This document shows positions 11,173 to 21,645 of a stretch of 64,000 nucleotides of DNA, piece by piece. Where the stretch lies: assembly GCA_026415655.1 (NCBI GenBank), contig JAOAGR010000004.1, forward strand, positions 43 through 64,042. Reading direction: 5' to 3'. Position 1 is the first letter of the stretch. Each line of letters begins with the position of its first letter. Source of the stretch: Candidatus Dojkabacteria bacterium. GTDB taxonomy: Bacteria; Patescibacteriota; Dojkabacteria; JAOAGR01. The position numbers and the translations under genes were made by a program. A model generated the notes under the pieces. That model worked only from the letters and a program-made list of their open reading frames with translations, did no database searches and was not told where the DNA came from.

Positions 11173-14148
11173 ATGACAAAAGAGCAAAAATTTTACCAAG
11201 CATTACAAGATGTATTTATCGGCGCAAAGATTGAAGGCACTGGTGGATTTGTTAATTTAATGAGAATAAAATCAAATTACTACAAAAAGATTGAGGAATT
11301 ACTCAAGAAAGATATTGAAAAAGCATTAGAAAGATATTCATCATTCAGAGATGAACTTTTTGATAAACTTTATTCATTTTTCAGTAGATATTTTACAGAA
11401 AGTGGATCAATATACTTCAATTCTACACCATTTCATAACAACATTTATGAAAAAGTTTATACCGATGATAAAGATGTTATTCTCTTCTGGAAAACACAGA
11501 TGCTTTACTATGTAAAAACCGACAGAATATTTAGAAGCTTAGAGATAGAAAGTGATGGGCATAAGTTTTTCTTTGATGTAAGTAATCTTGAACACAAGAA
11601 AGCAAATGAAAAACGAAGTTTGATATATGAATTAAAAGAAGTAAAAGAAGACAAGACTATTATTCTCAATGTTTATTATTCCGAAAAAGGAAGAGTAACA
11701 AAAACAGAAGATATACTAAAAGAATTGAAAAAGAAACATATAAGCCTAACCGAAGAAGAGTTAGAGAAATCATTTAGGATTTTTGAAAAACAAAGCGAAG
11801 TAGATTTTTTTATCAACAAAAACGCAAAAGCATTTTTACAGGAGCAGTTTAAGTTATGGAGTTATCAGTACTTTTGGGAAGGGGCAAAAGAGTGGAGTGT
11901 AGATAGAGTAAACCAGTTACAGATACTAAAAGACATAGCTTTTAAGATTATAGATTTTATCAGTCAGTTTGAAGATGAGCTAGTAAAGGTATGGAACAAA
12001 CCGAAGTTTGTAAAGAATAGTAATTATGTGATAACACTGGATAGGATAAATAACATAGAATTGATTGAAGAAATATTGAAGCATAAAGGTATAGAAGAAC
12101 AGGTAAAAGAATGGAAAGAGTTAGGAATAGTAGACGAAGATTTCAAGATAGATGATATTTTTGACAATTCCCCTTCTATGAAGGGGTGGCAGGCAGAGCC
12201 TGACGGGGTAGTCAGATGGAATGAATTACCTTTTGATCTTGAACTCAAAGAAACAGCCAAGGAACTGAGAAAAGCCGGTAATTTATCCGAGGTTTTATTA
12301 TGGAATCAAATCAAAAATAAAAAATTTTTAGGCTTGGACTTTGATAGACAAAAAATCATAGGAAATTACATTGTTGATTTTTATTGCAAGGATTTGGGGG
12401 TTGTTATTGAGATTGATGGTGCAAGTCATGATGAGAAAGTCGAATATGACAGAAAAAGAGATAAATATTTAGAAAGTTTGGGGTTAAAGGTAATACATAT
12501 TCTTGATACAGATGTAAAGAATAATCTTCAGGGGGTAATTGAGTTTTTAAAACGCGAAATTAAACACCCCGTCCCTTCGGGACACCCCTCTATTAGAGGG
12601 GAATTTAGTCATCTACCGATAGATACAAAATATTTCAAAGATTTAGAACTGGAAATACTTAGTCAATTTGATGATTTAGACAATGCTTTAGATGGATGGT
12701 TAATAAAAAGTGAGAACTATCAGGCTTTAAATACTATACTGCCAAAGTTTAGGGAAAAAATGCAGACGATTTATATAGATCCGCCGTTTAATTTAGATTC
12801 ATCTGATCAGTTTTTGTATAGGACTAACTACAAAGATGCAAACTGGGCAACACTACTTGAAAACAGGATAAGGATAGCTAGAGAATAGCTAAACGAAAAA
12901 GGAAGCATTTTTGTAAGGTGTGATTATAACGGAAACTGGATTGTAAGACCTCTAATGGATGAGATTTTCGGGGGGGAGAATTTTAGGAATGAGATTGTGA
13001 TTACTCGCGGTATGCAAACCAGAAAAGCAGAGAATAGATTATTAAATAAAACAGACTCGTTATTTTTCTATTTCAAGAATTCGGAGAGTGGGATTTTATA
13101 TATTCTTGAAAGAGAAAAAGAACATGTGAAGCACTACCAAGAAACATTAAGAACTCTCAAGAGATTAATTGATGATGAGATTTATAGAGAAATAGAGAAA
13201 AAATTAAATGAATCCCTTTGGATGCCTTTTCTAAGTATGCCAGGGGAACAAAAAACTAATGGGTATAGACAGATTTTCGGAATTAAGTTAAATCCACCTA
13301 AAGGACGGCACTGGGCTTTTTCACAAGAGAATTTAGATATAGCCGTTAAAGAAGGATTAGCGAGATTAAAATGTTTGAATTGCGGAACGATTATTACAGA
13401 AAATAACCAAATAGAAGACGGAAAATGCAGAGATTGTGGCAGTGAATCTTTTCAAGGAGAAATATTAAGCCTATATAACCAAATAAATAACAATTGGACA
13501 GACATCCCAGGATATGAACAAGACCCCGAATTTCCTACTCGCAACTCCGAAATCCTCCTCAAGCGTGTCATAGAATCCACATCCAACGAAGGCGATTTAG
13601 TTATGGATTTCTTTTTAGGTAGTGGTACCACTACAGCCGTAGCCCATAAACTTGGTAGGAAATGGATAGGAACAGAGATGGGAGAACACTTTTATACTGT
13701 AATTTTACCAAGGATGAAAAAAGTTTTAGCTTATGATAAATCAGGAATATCAAAAGAAAAAGATGTAAAAGAAAAGTACAATGAAAAAAATGCAGGCGGG
13801 TTTTTCAAATACTATGAACTTGAACAATATGAAGAAGCATTAAACAACTGTGTATATGAAGACAGTGATATATTCACTTCATCTAACAAATCACCTTATG
13901 AACAGTATGTATTTTTGAAAGATGAAAAGATGCTAAAAGCTTTAGAGATAGATTATCAAAACAATAAAGTAAAAGTAGATTTAGATAAACTTTATGAAAA
14001 TATTGACATAGCAGAAACCTTATCAAATCTCACAGGAAAATGGATAAAGAAAGTAAGAGAAAATGAAGTGGAATTTGAAGATGGCACAATAATAAACACA
14101 GAAGATTTGGATTATAAATTTATTAAGCCGTTGATTTGGTGGGAATAA
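11173..14148 (+). pseudogene. mod: Type III R-M Mod methyltransferase with in-frame TAG (12886-12888) and an internal DUF559 insertion
   Basis: IYIDPPF and DFFLGSGTT motifs; ...RIRIARE*LNEKGSIFVRCD... is continuous in one frame (likely TGG to TAG). Confidence 0.9.
12166..12605 (+). mobile_element. DUF559 (Vsr-like endonuclease) cassette with palindromic terminal inverted repeats, in frame within mod
   Basis: AKELRK..SEVLLW..FDRQ..YIVDFYC..IEIDG.SH domain flanked by AATTCCCCT..AGGGGTG..GACGGGGT (12166-12209) and its inverted counterpart (12566-12605). Confidence 0.75.
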
Positions 14149-14154
14149 TTTTTT

Positions 14155-15141
14155 ATGAAAAAAGAAAAGTTTAAAAAAGGTGAAATTATTATTTACAAGT
14201 CCAAAGAAGGCCCCAAACTTGAAGTTAGATTTTCTGCTGAAACTGTTTGGCTAAGACAGGAAGAAATAGCAAAGTTATTTGGCAAAGAAAGATCAGTAAT
14301 TACCAAGCATATCAAAAAAATTTTTACCGATAACGAAGTAGATAAAAAAAGCAATGTGCAATTTTTGCACATTCCAAACTCTGATAAGCCAGTTGCATTT
14401 TATAGTCTTGATGTAATTTTAGCAGTAGGTTATCGCACCAATTCTTCAAGAGCCATCCAGTTTAGAAAATGGGCTACTCAGATCTTAAAGAATTATTTGT
14501 TGAGAGGATACGCTCTAGATCAAAAAAAGTTACTCCACACACAAAACGCCTTAAAAGATTTGCAAGAGACTATCACTCTACTACAAGAAAAGTCAAGAGG
14601 CGAATTGCTTGCTGGACAACAGCAAGAAATTTTAAATCTGCTCTCAAACTATGCTAAAACTCTTAGTTTACTCGAACAATACGATAAAGAAAAAATTAAT
14701 CTCATAAAAAAAGCAAAAGACAAGTTTATTTTACAATACGATGAAGTAAAATCAATAATAGAAAATATAAAGAAAGAACTTATTGCCAAAAAAGAAGCAG
14801 GCTATTTATTTGGAAGAGAAAATAATGAAAATCTCAAAGCCATTTTAGGAAATATCTACCAGACATTTGGTGGTAAAGAACTCTATCCAAGTTTAGAAGA
14901 AAAAGCAGCACATCTGTTATATTTTATTATTAAAGATCATCCTTTTGTCGATGGTAATAAAAGAATAGCTTCTTTTTTGTTTATTTATTTTTTAGATAAA
15001 AACAATTATCTGTATAAGCAAAATGGTGAGAGGAAAATCAATGATAATGCTTTGACAACTCTGGCTCTTTTAATTGCAGTAAGCAATTCAAGTGAAAAAG
15101 AAAAAATAATAAAAATTATTACAAATCTAGTGGGTTTATGA
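14155..15141 (+). CDS. RhuM-family / Fic-DOC fusion protein
   Basis: N-terminal YSLDVILAVGYR..S.RA.QFRKWA (RhuM) and C-terminal HPFVDGNKR (Fic/Doc). Confidence 0.9.
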   Translation: MKKEKFKKGEIIIYKSKEGPKLEVRFSAETVWLRQEEIAKLFGKERSVITKHIKKIFTDNEVDKKSNVQFLHIPNSDKPVAFYSLDVILAVGYRTNSSRAIQFRKWATQILKNYLLRGYALDQKKLLHTQNALKDLQETITLLQEKSRGELLAGQQQEILNLLSNYAKTLSLLEQYDKEKINLIKKAKDKFILQYDEVKSIIENIKKELIAKKEAGYLFGRENNENLKAILGNIYQTFGGKELYPSLEEKAAHLLYFIIKDHPFVDGNKRIASFLFIYFLDKNNYLYKQNGERKINDNALTTLALLIAVSNSSEKEKIIKIITNLVGL

Positions 15142-18104
15142 AACACTACTTACAAAACATAGTATCAAACCTTGATATTAACAATATTCCAGCGGACTGG
15201 TCGGATATTGATTTTGAAATATTTTCTAAAGATAAAAAACTTTTTGACTATCAACAAAAAGCATTGGAGCATGCGCTGAAATCCTTGTATTTATTTTATC
15301 AGGAAGACAATGGAGATAAATCTAAATTTTATAACAGATTTATTAATAACGGATTAACAGAAGATTTATCTTACAATGTTAAAAAGGAAAGCAAAACCAT
15401 AAAATACCTTTTAGAATACGATAAAGATTATCCTGTAGATAATGAAAAAATTTCATTTAAGCACCTTATAAACCGAATGTCTTTCTGGATGGCAACAGGT
15501 AGTGGTAAAACTCTTGTTATTGTTAAGCTTATCGAATTGCTTGCGTATCTTATCAATCAAAATAAAATACCTAAAAAAAATATTTTATTTTTGACATACA
15601 GAGAAGATCTAATTGAACAATTTAAAAATCATCTTGAAGAGTTTAATTCAGTTAATTCTGATAGCTTTATTAGTCTTATAAATCTGAAAGACTATTCTTC
15701 AAGAAAGCAAAATCCAACATTAAGTTTTGGCAATAGTATTGATATTTTTTATTATAGAAGTGATTTAATTTCAGATGAACAAAAAGATAAAATTGTAAAT
15801 TTTAAAAATTACGAAAATAACGGTAACTGGTATATTATCCTGGATGAAGCACACAAAGGCGACAGAGAAGATAGCAAAAGGCAGATATTCTATTCAATTT
15901 TAAGTAGGAATGGATTTTTGTTTAATTTTTCAGCGACATTCACAGATGAAAGAGATTTTGTAACCTGTGTTTATAATTTCAATCTATCAAAGTTTATCGA
16001 AGAAGGCTATGGTAAACATATTTACATTTCCAAACAAAGTGTAAATGCTTTAGAACAGAGAAATACAATAATTGATAACGAAAAACAGAAGATACTACTT
16101 AAATTATTTATTCTTCAATCTGCGATAAACAAACAATTTGAGGAAATACGAAAAGTAATTGGAAATCTTTATCATAAACCACTGTTGCTTACACTTGTAA
16201 ATTCTGTAAATACTGAAGATTCCGATCTTGAGTTATTTTTTAAGGAGATAGAAAAAATTGCAAGCAACAATATTGATAAAAGTATTTTTGAAGAAGCCAA
16301 AAACAATCTTTTACAGGAATTAGAAAGTAAAGATGCAAAATATGAATTTGAAGACATCCGCATTGACACTTCCATTCGCAATTCTATCAAACAAATACAA
16401 CCATCAGATTTGTTAAGGTATATTCTAAACTCCGCAAAACAGGGAAAAATTGAAGTAATAAAACTACCTTCAAACAAACAGGAATTGATTTTCAAACTTG
16501 CTACATCTGACCAACCATTCGCTTTGATGAAGATAGGCGATATAACCGAGTGGATAAAAAATAAACTCTCTCATTACGAAATAATAGAACGTTTTGAAAA
16601 CGAAAGTATTTTCAAAAATATCAATACAAATGAAGACATCAATATATTGATGGGGTCACGGGCTTTTTATGAGGGCTGGGATAGTAATAGGCCAAATCTT
16701 ATTTTGTTTATAAATATTGGAAAAGGAACGGATGCAAAAAAATTTGTACTTCAATCCATAGGTCGTGGAGTCAGAATTGAACCTTTGCCAAATAAAAGAA
16801 AGAGGTTGGTAAATCTATACAACAATAATGAAGTAGATGAAAGTCTTTATAATATAGTAAAAAATAATATTTTAGGACTTGAGACTTTATTTGTTTTTGG
16901 GACAAAAGCAGAAAACTTAAAAGAAGTTATTGAAACACTTAAACAGGAAAAAACAGAAGTTTTACTTGGTGATTTGTTTGAGATTAATCCAGATGTGTTA
17001 GATAAAGAACTGTTAATTCCACAATATAAAAAATCAAATAATTTGATTATAGAAGAAAAAGAAGTGATACAGTTTCCAATTAATGAAAATGATTTTGACG
17101 AAGTTTCAGACTATTTTAATTATATAGGCGATAAAGTTGCATTATGTAAATATGATTGCAATATCAAAGTTTTATCAAAGCTTAAAGAAGCATTTAATGG
17201 AAAAAAACAAAATTACTTTTTAATAAGTAATGATGAGTCAAAAGTTGGAAAACCAGAGGTGTTACTTTCGTTGATATTTAAACACTTTTCAAATGTTACA
17301 GAGGAATTTTCTAATTTCAAAAAGTTAAAAGAAGAGATCATCCACTTTAAGAGAATTCAAATTACACAAGACAAACTAAATTCTTTAAGAGAAAAGATTG
17401 AAAAGGTTAAGAGAGCAAAAGATAAAGATAAAATTGAAAAAGAACTTGATGAAAAATTTGACAAAGGTGAAGTTTCAAAAGAACAATACAAGCAACAAAT
17501 TAAAGAAATCGAATCAAATATAGTCAAAGAAGCAGAAACTCAATATAACACAAACGAGAAAATTAAAATAAAACTTTTACAAAACCATTATTACATACCT
17601 CTGGCTTTATCTGAAAGCGAAACAGCTGATTACATACAACATGTAATTAAACATAAAGGTGAAATTGATTTTCTAAACGAACTTGAAAACTACTTAAATC
17701 AAAACAACAATTTATTTAAACAATTTGACTGGTGGTATTTTTCTAAAATTGATGAAACACTGGATAACGTTTACATTCCTTATTACAATCCGAAAACAAA
17801 TAGAATAGATAGATTTAAGCCTGATTTTATCTTCTGGTTAAAAAAGGATAATAACTATACAATCTTATTTGTTGATCCAAAAGGAACAGAGCATACTGAT
17901 GGATATAGAAAAATTGATGGTTTTTCAAGGATTTTTGAGGAAAAAGTCAATGGACACGAACAAAATAGAAATTTTGCATATAACGGATTCACATTAACTG
18001 TAAAACTATTATTAAAAACTAGATCAGGGATAGGAAGTGTTTTGAATAAGTACAAAAAATACTGGTTTGATAACTTTGTTGATTTTTCGAATAAAATTAA
18101 GTAA
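15138..18104 (+). CDS. res: Type III R-M Res subunit (SF2 helicase plus PD-(D/E)XK nuclease)
   Basis: MATGSGKT, DEAH, FSAT, EGWD, QSIGRGVR, PDF...DPK. Confidence 0.92.
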   Translation: MKHYLQNIVSNLDINNIPADWSDIDFEIFSKDKKLFDYQQKALEHALKSLYLFYQEDNGDKSKFYNRFINNGLTEDLSYNVKKESKTIKYLLEYDKDYPVDNEKISFKHLINRMSFWMATGSGKTLVIVKLIELLAYLINQNKIPKKNILFLTYREDLIEQFKNHLEEFNSVNSDSFISLINLKDYSSRKQNPTLSFGNSIDIFYYRSDLISDEQKDKIVNFKNYENNGNWYIILDEAHKGDREDSKRQIFYSILSRNGFLFNFSATFTDERDFVTCVYNFNLSKFIEEGYGKHIYISKQSVNALEQRNTIIDNEKQKILLKLFILQSAINKQFEEIRKVIGNLYHKPLLLTLVNSVNTEDSDLELFFKEIEKIASNNIDKSIFEEAKNNLLQELESKDAKYEFEDIRIDTSIRNSIKQIQPSDLLRYILNSAKQGKIEVIKLPSNKQELIFKLATSDQPFALMKIGDITEWIKNKLSHYEIIERFENESIFKNINTNEDINILMGSRAFYEGWDSNRPNLILFINIGKGTDAKKFVLQSIGRGVRIEPLPNKRKRLVNLYNNNEVDESLYNIVKNNILGLETLFVFGTKAENLKEVIETLKQEKTEVLLGDLFEINPDVLDKELLIPQYKKSNNLIIEEKEVIQFPINENDFDEVSDYFNYIGDKVALCKYDCNIKVLSKLKEAFNGKKQNYFLISNDESKVGKPEVLLSLIFKHFSNVTEEFSNFKKLKEEIIHFKRIQITQDKLNSLREKIEKVKRAKDKDKIEKELDEKFDKGEVSKEQYKQQIKEIESNIVKEAETQYNTNEKIKIKLLQNHYYIPLALSESETADYIQHVIKHKGEIDFLNELENYLNQNNNLFKQFDWWYFSKIDETLDNVYIPYYNPKTNRIDRFKPDFIFWLKKDNNYTILFVDPKGTEHTDGYRKIDGFSRIFEEKVNGHEQNRNFAYNGFTLTVKLLLKTRSGIGSVLNKYKKYWFDNFVDFSNKIK

Positions 18105-18218
18105 TAAAATTTTAGAAAATAAAAAAATGAGGTAACACTTAGAGTCTAGAATATTAAAATTCATCTGAATAGATGATTTTTCATAAAACTATAATTTGTT
18201 TATTAAAATACAACAAAT

Positions 18219-18621
18219 ATTGAATTAACCGTAATAAAAACATAATATTTATATCATGAATAGTATCCAATACAAAGTAATAAAAGCATTCCCGATTATG
18301 ATGTTTGTAATTATTAACATAATCTTAATAACACTTGTTTCTATACTAGGTTATTATTACTTTACAAATAATCGACAAACAAATAATCAAAACTTAAGTA
18401 AGCCCTCCCTTACTACTACTCCTAGTGAAAATGTAATCATTGATAATGATCTAGTCGATGAATTATTTAGAGAAAATAGTACGCAAACCGATACACCAAC
18501 GCCTACATCAACAACATCTCCATCACCAACTCAATCACCAAGTTCCGGTCCCTCACCTACTGTCACAAATACCACAATAACCAGCACTCCACAACGTCAA
18601 ACACAGTCCCCCACTTCTATC
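18219..18621 (+). repeat. Direct repeat copy 2
   Basis: Near-identical to 10282-10684. Confidence 0.93.
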
Positions 18622-19533
18622 CCGACAACCACACAAAGAATACCGAATACAACTATTACAAATACTCCTTCAACAAACCCATTTAGTGTATCTGATTTTG
18701 TATCTATCTATGATGATTATACCGGTATTGAAATAAGCAGAATAAAATATTGGAAAGAGGATTATGAAGGACTAGTTGACTTACCTGCATTTTATAAGAG
18801 ATTTGTAGATGAAAATGGGAAAATCGTTGCCGAATATGAACTTTTACCATACGCCAATAATACTGTACCGACCCCAACACAATTGCTTTCTCAATACACT
18901 ATTTTAAATAGGCCTACCAAACAATATATCAGCCAAGATGAATATGTCATAATCGAAATAAGATTTTATCCGAATGAATTTGTCAACAATAATACAGTGA
19001 CTAGATTGAAGTTTTACTATCTAGATAATAATGAAAAAGTCAGGAAATTTGCTAACGAAACAGAAAAACAATATTTGATACAACTATCAAATGCTATTTC
19101 CAACTCTGTCAAATATACTACTATCACTACTATTACGCTAAATAATAAATACACATTTTATTTTCCAATATACAAGAATTTTTCTATAAACGGTAATAGC
19201 AATAGAATCATTGTTTATGAAAAAGATAACTTATCTGTACCCAAATTAACAATTAAACCATATCTAGATGATTTTATATCAACGTGTTACGATCTTAAAA
19301 ATGTTGATGGAGTAGACTATAACTCCAACTTTGAGATCATCGTCAAGGAAGGAAGCTTAAAGAATACAGAAGGTTGTTCTAGCGCCACAAAAAGTGTAAT
19401 CATATTTGAAATTAAAAATCATTTGTATATAACTATATTCTCTACTGATTCTAACTATGGCTATATGGGGGCTGTGGGTGATGGAAACATATTATTAGTT
19501 GATTACGTACTTGACTCTTTGAAAATCTTATAA
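18256..19533 (+). CDS. Membrane-anchored extracellular protein with Thr/Pro/Ser-rich linker
   Basis: N-terminal TM helix, TPT/SPT low-complexity linker, globular C-terminal region with a Cys pair. Confidence 0.8.
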   Translation: MNSIQYKVIKAFPIMMFVIINIILITLVSILGYYYFTNNRQTNNQNLSKPSLTTTPSENVIIDNDLVDELFRENSTQTDTPTPTSTTSPSPTQSPSSGPSPTVTNTTITSTPQRQTQSPTSIPTTTQRIPNTTITNTPSTNPFSVSDFVSIYDDYTGIEISRIKYWKEDYEGLVDLPAFYKRFVDENGKIVAEYELLPYANNTVPTPTQLLSQYTILNRPTKQYISQDEYVIIEIRFYPNEFVNNNTVTRLKFYYLDNNEKVRKFANETEKQYLIQLSNAISNSVKYTTITTITLNNKYTFYFPIYKNFSINGNSNRIIVYEKDNLSVPKLTIKPYLDDFISTCYDLKNVDGVDYNSNFEIIVKEGSLKNTEGCSSATKSVIIFEIKNHLYITIFSTDSNYGYMGAVGDGNILLVDYVLDSLKIL

Positions 19534-19561
19534 AACTTAAAATTCTTGCTAACATTCAAAT

Positions 19562-21205
19562 ATGATAGTAGAAAATCAAGTTGAGCTAGAAAAAACACAA
19601 ACTAATCAGGCCGAAACTAATCCAGCTGATACCAATTTGAATAATAATTCAAAGAATAATCTTCAAAAAAATACCAATGTAATATTAATTATATCTGCTG
19701 CAACTTTAATATTTCTTATTATCTTTTTTACTTTATTCTTAACAAATAAACAAAAGCAAAACGCTTATGGTTCAAATACAGAGTCAGAAACTACATCCGA
19801 AGTGAGAAATCCCGAAACTGATGATTCGTCCAATAATACTCAAGTTGAAAATTCAAATAGCGATACAGAAGAAAACTCCAATCAATCCGATCAGTCTAAT
19901 AATCAAAATACTCAAGTAAGAACACCTAGACCCCAAAATGACTTTTTATTTTATAGAGACAATATAAACGGACGTGTTCTGGGACATCCAAAAGATTGGA
20001 CAGTAAATGTATCTAATGATTATAAAGTAACATCTATTTCAAAGGATCAAAATAAAGTTATAGTTCAAAGAAAAAGAGAAACCCAAGTCCTTGCTAGTGT
20101 ACGTAGTGCAAATCCTGTAAAAACTATTCACTCTCCTGATTCTACAATACAGATATATTCAAATGGAAATAAATACACAAGCATCGTAAAGATACGAAAC
20201 GACCAGAAAATCAAAAATCCCTACGTTACAACTTCAGAATATGAGGCTCTATCAAACCAACAGACCAGCGATAGCATAAATTTACTTTCTGACATATCCA
20301 CTTCATTATCAAATGAACTATCAACCTACAATATAACTTACGGAAATAGAACCTATACCTTGAGATATCCCGCAAATACATGGGAACTTTTTAAAGAAAA
20401 CGACGAAATAAAACTTAGAAATAAAAACAATTTAGATATAACATTAAGTGTAAGAATAAAATCAAAATATAGCGGTGGAGGATATTGCTACGAAATATTA
20501 GAAAAGGAATCAAACACTATAAATAGTAGTATCAATTTTAAAGTTTTTCAAGGTAAAAAATCAGAAGATGGTCCTTGTGTAGAGATGTTATCAGCAGATG
20601 CCAAAAAGTATTTGATATATGCAACCGTAGACTTAACAAATGAAACAGTTTTAGAAATATAAGGAGCAACAAATAATCCAAATTTAAATGAGATTCAGGA
20701 AGCTCTCATTTTTGATATTATATGTAATTTTGAGTTTGAAAAATATGTTGAATTAGAATTAGTTTCACCTCATCAAGCAACAGGTAAACCCGAATATTCG
20801 ATTTATTATCCTTCTAATAAATGGGAATACACTTTCAACCAAGGTCTATACAGATTTACGAGGAAAGATAATCCATCTTTTTCTTTCACCATGGAACCAG
20901 GATTCGTCCACACGGGAGGATATTATTGTTATGAATTCGATACAGCTAATCAAATAGAGAAATCACTCAACGGATTTACGACAATTTATACAAAAGCCCA
21001 ACGAATTAATCAACCGACAGAATTGTGTGATCAAAATTCTATTAGTTCATCAGAAAAATATATGTTTTTAATCGCTATATATGTAAGTGAGTTTGAACTT
21101 TATAAATTAACCTATTTTTCAGACAATAATAACTTGGATGAAGCTTCACAGATAATTTATGGCGAAATATTATCTAATTTTACTATAGATTTAGAAAGAA
21201 ATTAA
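19562..21205 (+). pseudogene. Membrane-anchored protein with tandem PsbP-like modules, interrupted by in-frame TAA (20660-20662)
   Basis: ETVLEI*GATNN... continues in frame into the 20891 ORF; repeated modules HPKDW, YPANTW, YPSNKW and GGY(Y)CYE. Confidence 0.75.
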
Positions 21206-21270
21206 AATAAACAGGAAATGGTTTATTCGCTTGTAATTTTTATTGACTTTATTTGTAGTATAAATCAATA

Positions 21271-21645
21271 TCAATTAATTACAGCTAATACTTCTATTTC
21301 AATCAATGCATTTTTAGGCAAATTACTTACCTCAACAGTAGATCTAGCCGGCTTATGATCACTAAAATATTGACTATATAATTCGTTTACCATAGAAAAT
21401 TTGCTTATATCAGTAATAAAAATAGTTACTTTAACTACTTTATCAAGACTAGTACCTGCTTCTTCTAATATGGATCTAATATTTTGCATAATTTGATGAA
21501 ACTGATTTTCTAATCCTTCAACAAGCCGATTTGTGTTTGGATCTAATCCTATCTGACCAGAACAAAAGATGAAATTATCAACAACTATCGCTTGTGAATA
21601 CGGCCCAACTGGCGTTGGCGCTTTTGGTGTATTTATAATTTTCAT
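21271..21645 (-). CDS. ridA: RidA/YjgF enamine-imine deaminase
   Basis: GPYSQA, SGQIG, PARSTV, LP...LIEIE. Confidence 0.94.
   Translation of the reverse strand: MKIINTPKAPTPVGPYSQAIVVDNFIFCSGQIGLDPNTNRLVEGLENQFHQIMQNIRSILEEAGTSLDKVVKVTIFITDISKFSMVNELYSQYFSDHKPARSTVEVSNLPKNALIEIEVLAVIN

Noticed and set aside
12166-12605. Intein or group I/II intron as the nature of the DUF559 insert
   Set aside because: No Cys/Ser-start and His-Asn-end splicing motifs, and only ~45 nt of structured sequence at each end
10282-18621. Diversity-generating retroelement TR/VR pair
   Set aside because: Differences include C/T changes and indels rather than being adenine-specific, the repeat is at the 5' end, and no reverse transcriptase is present
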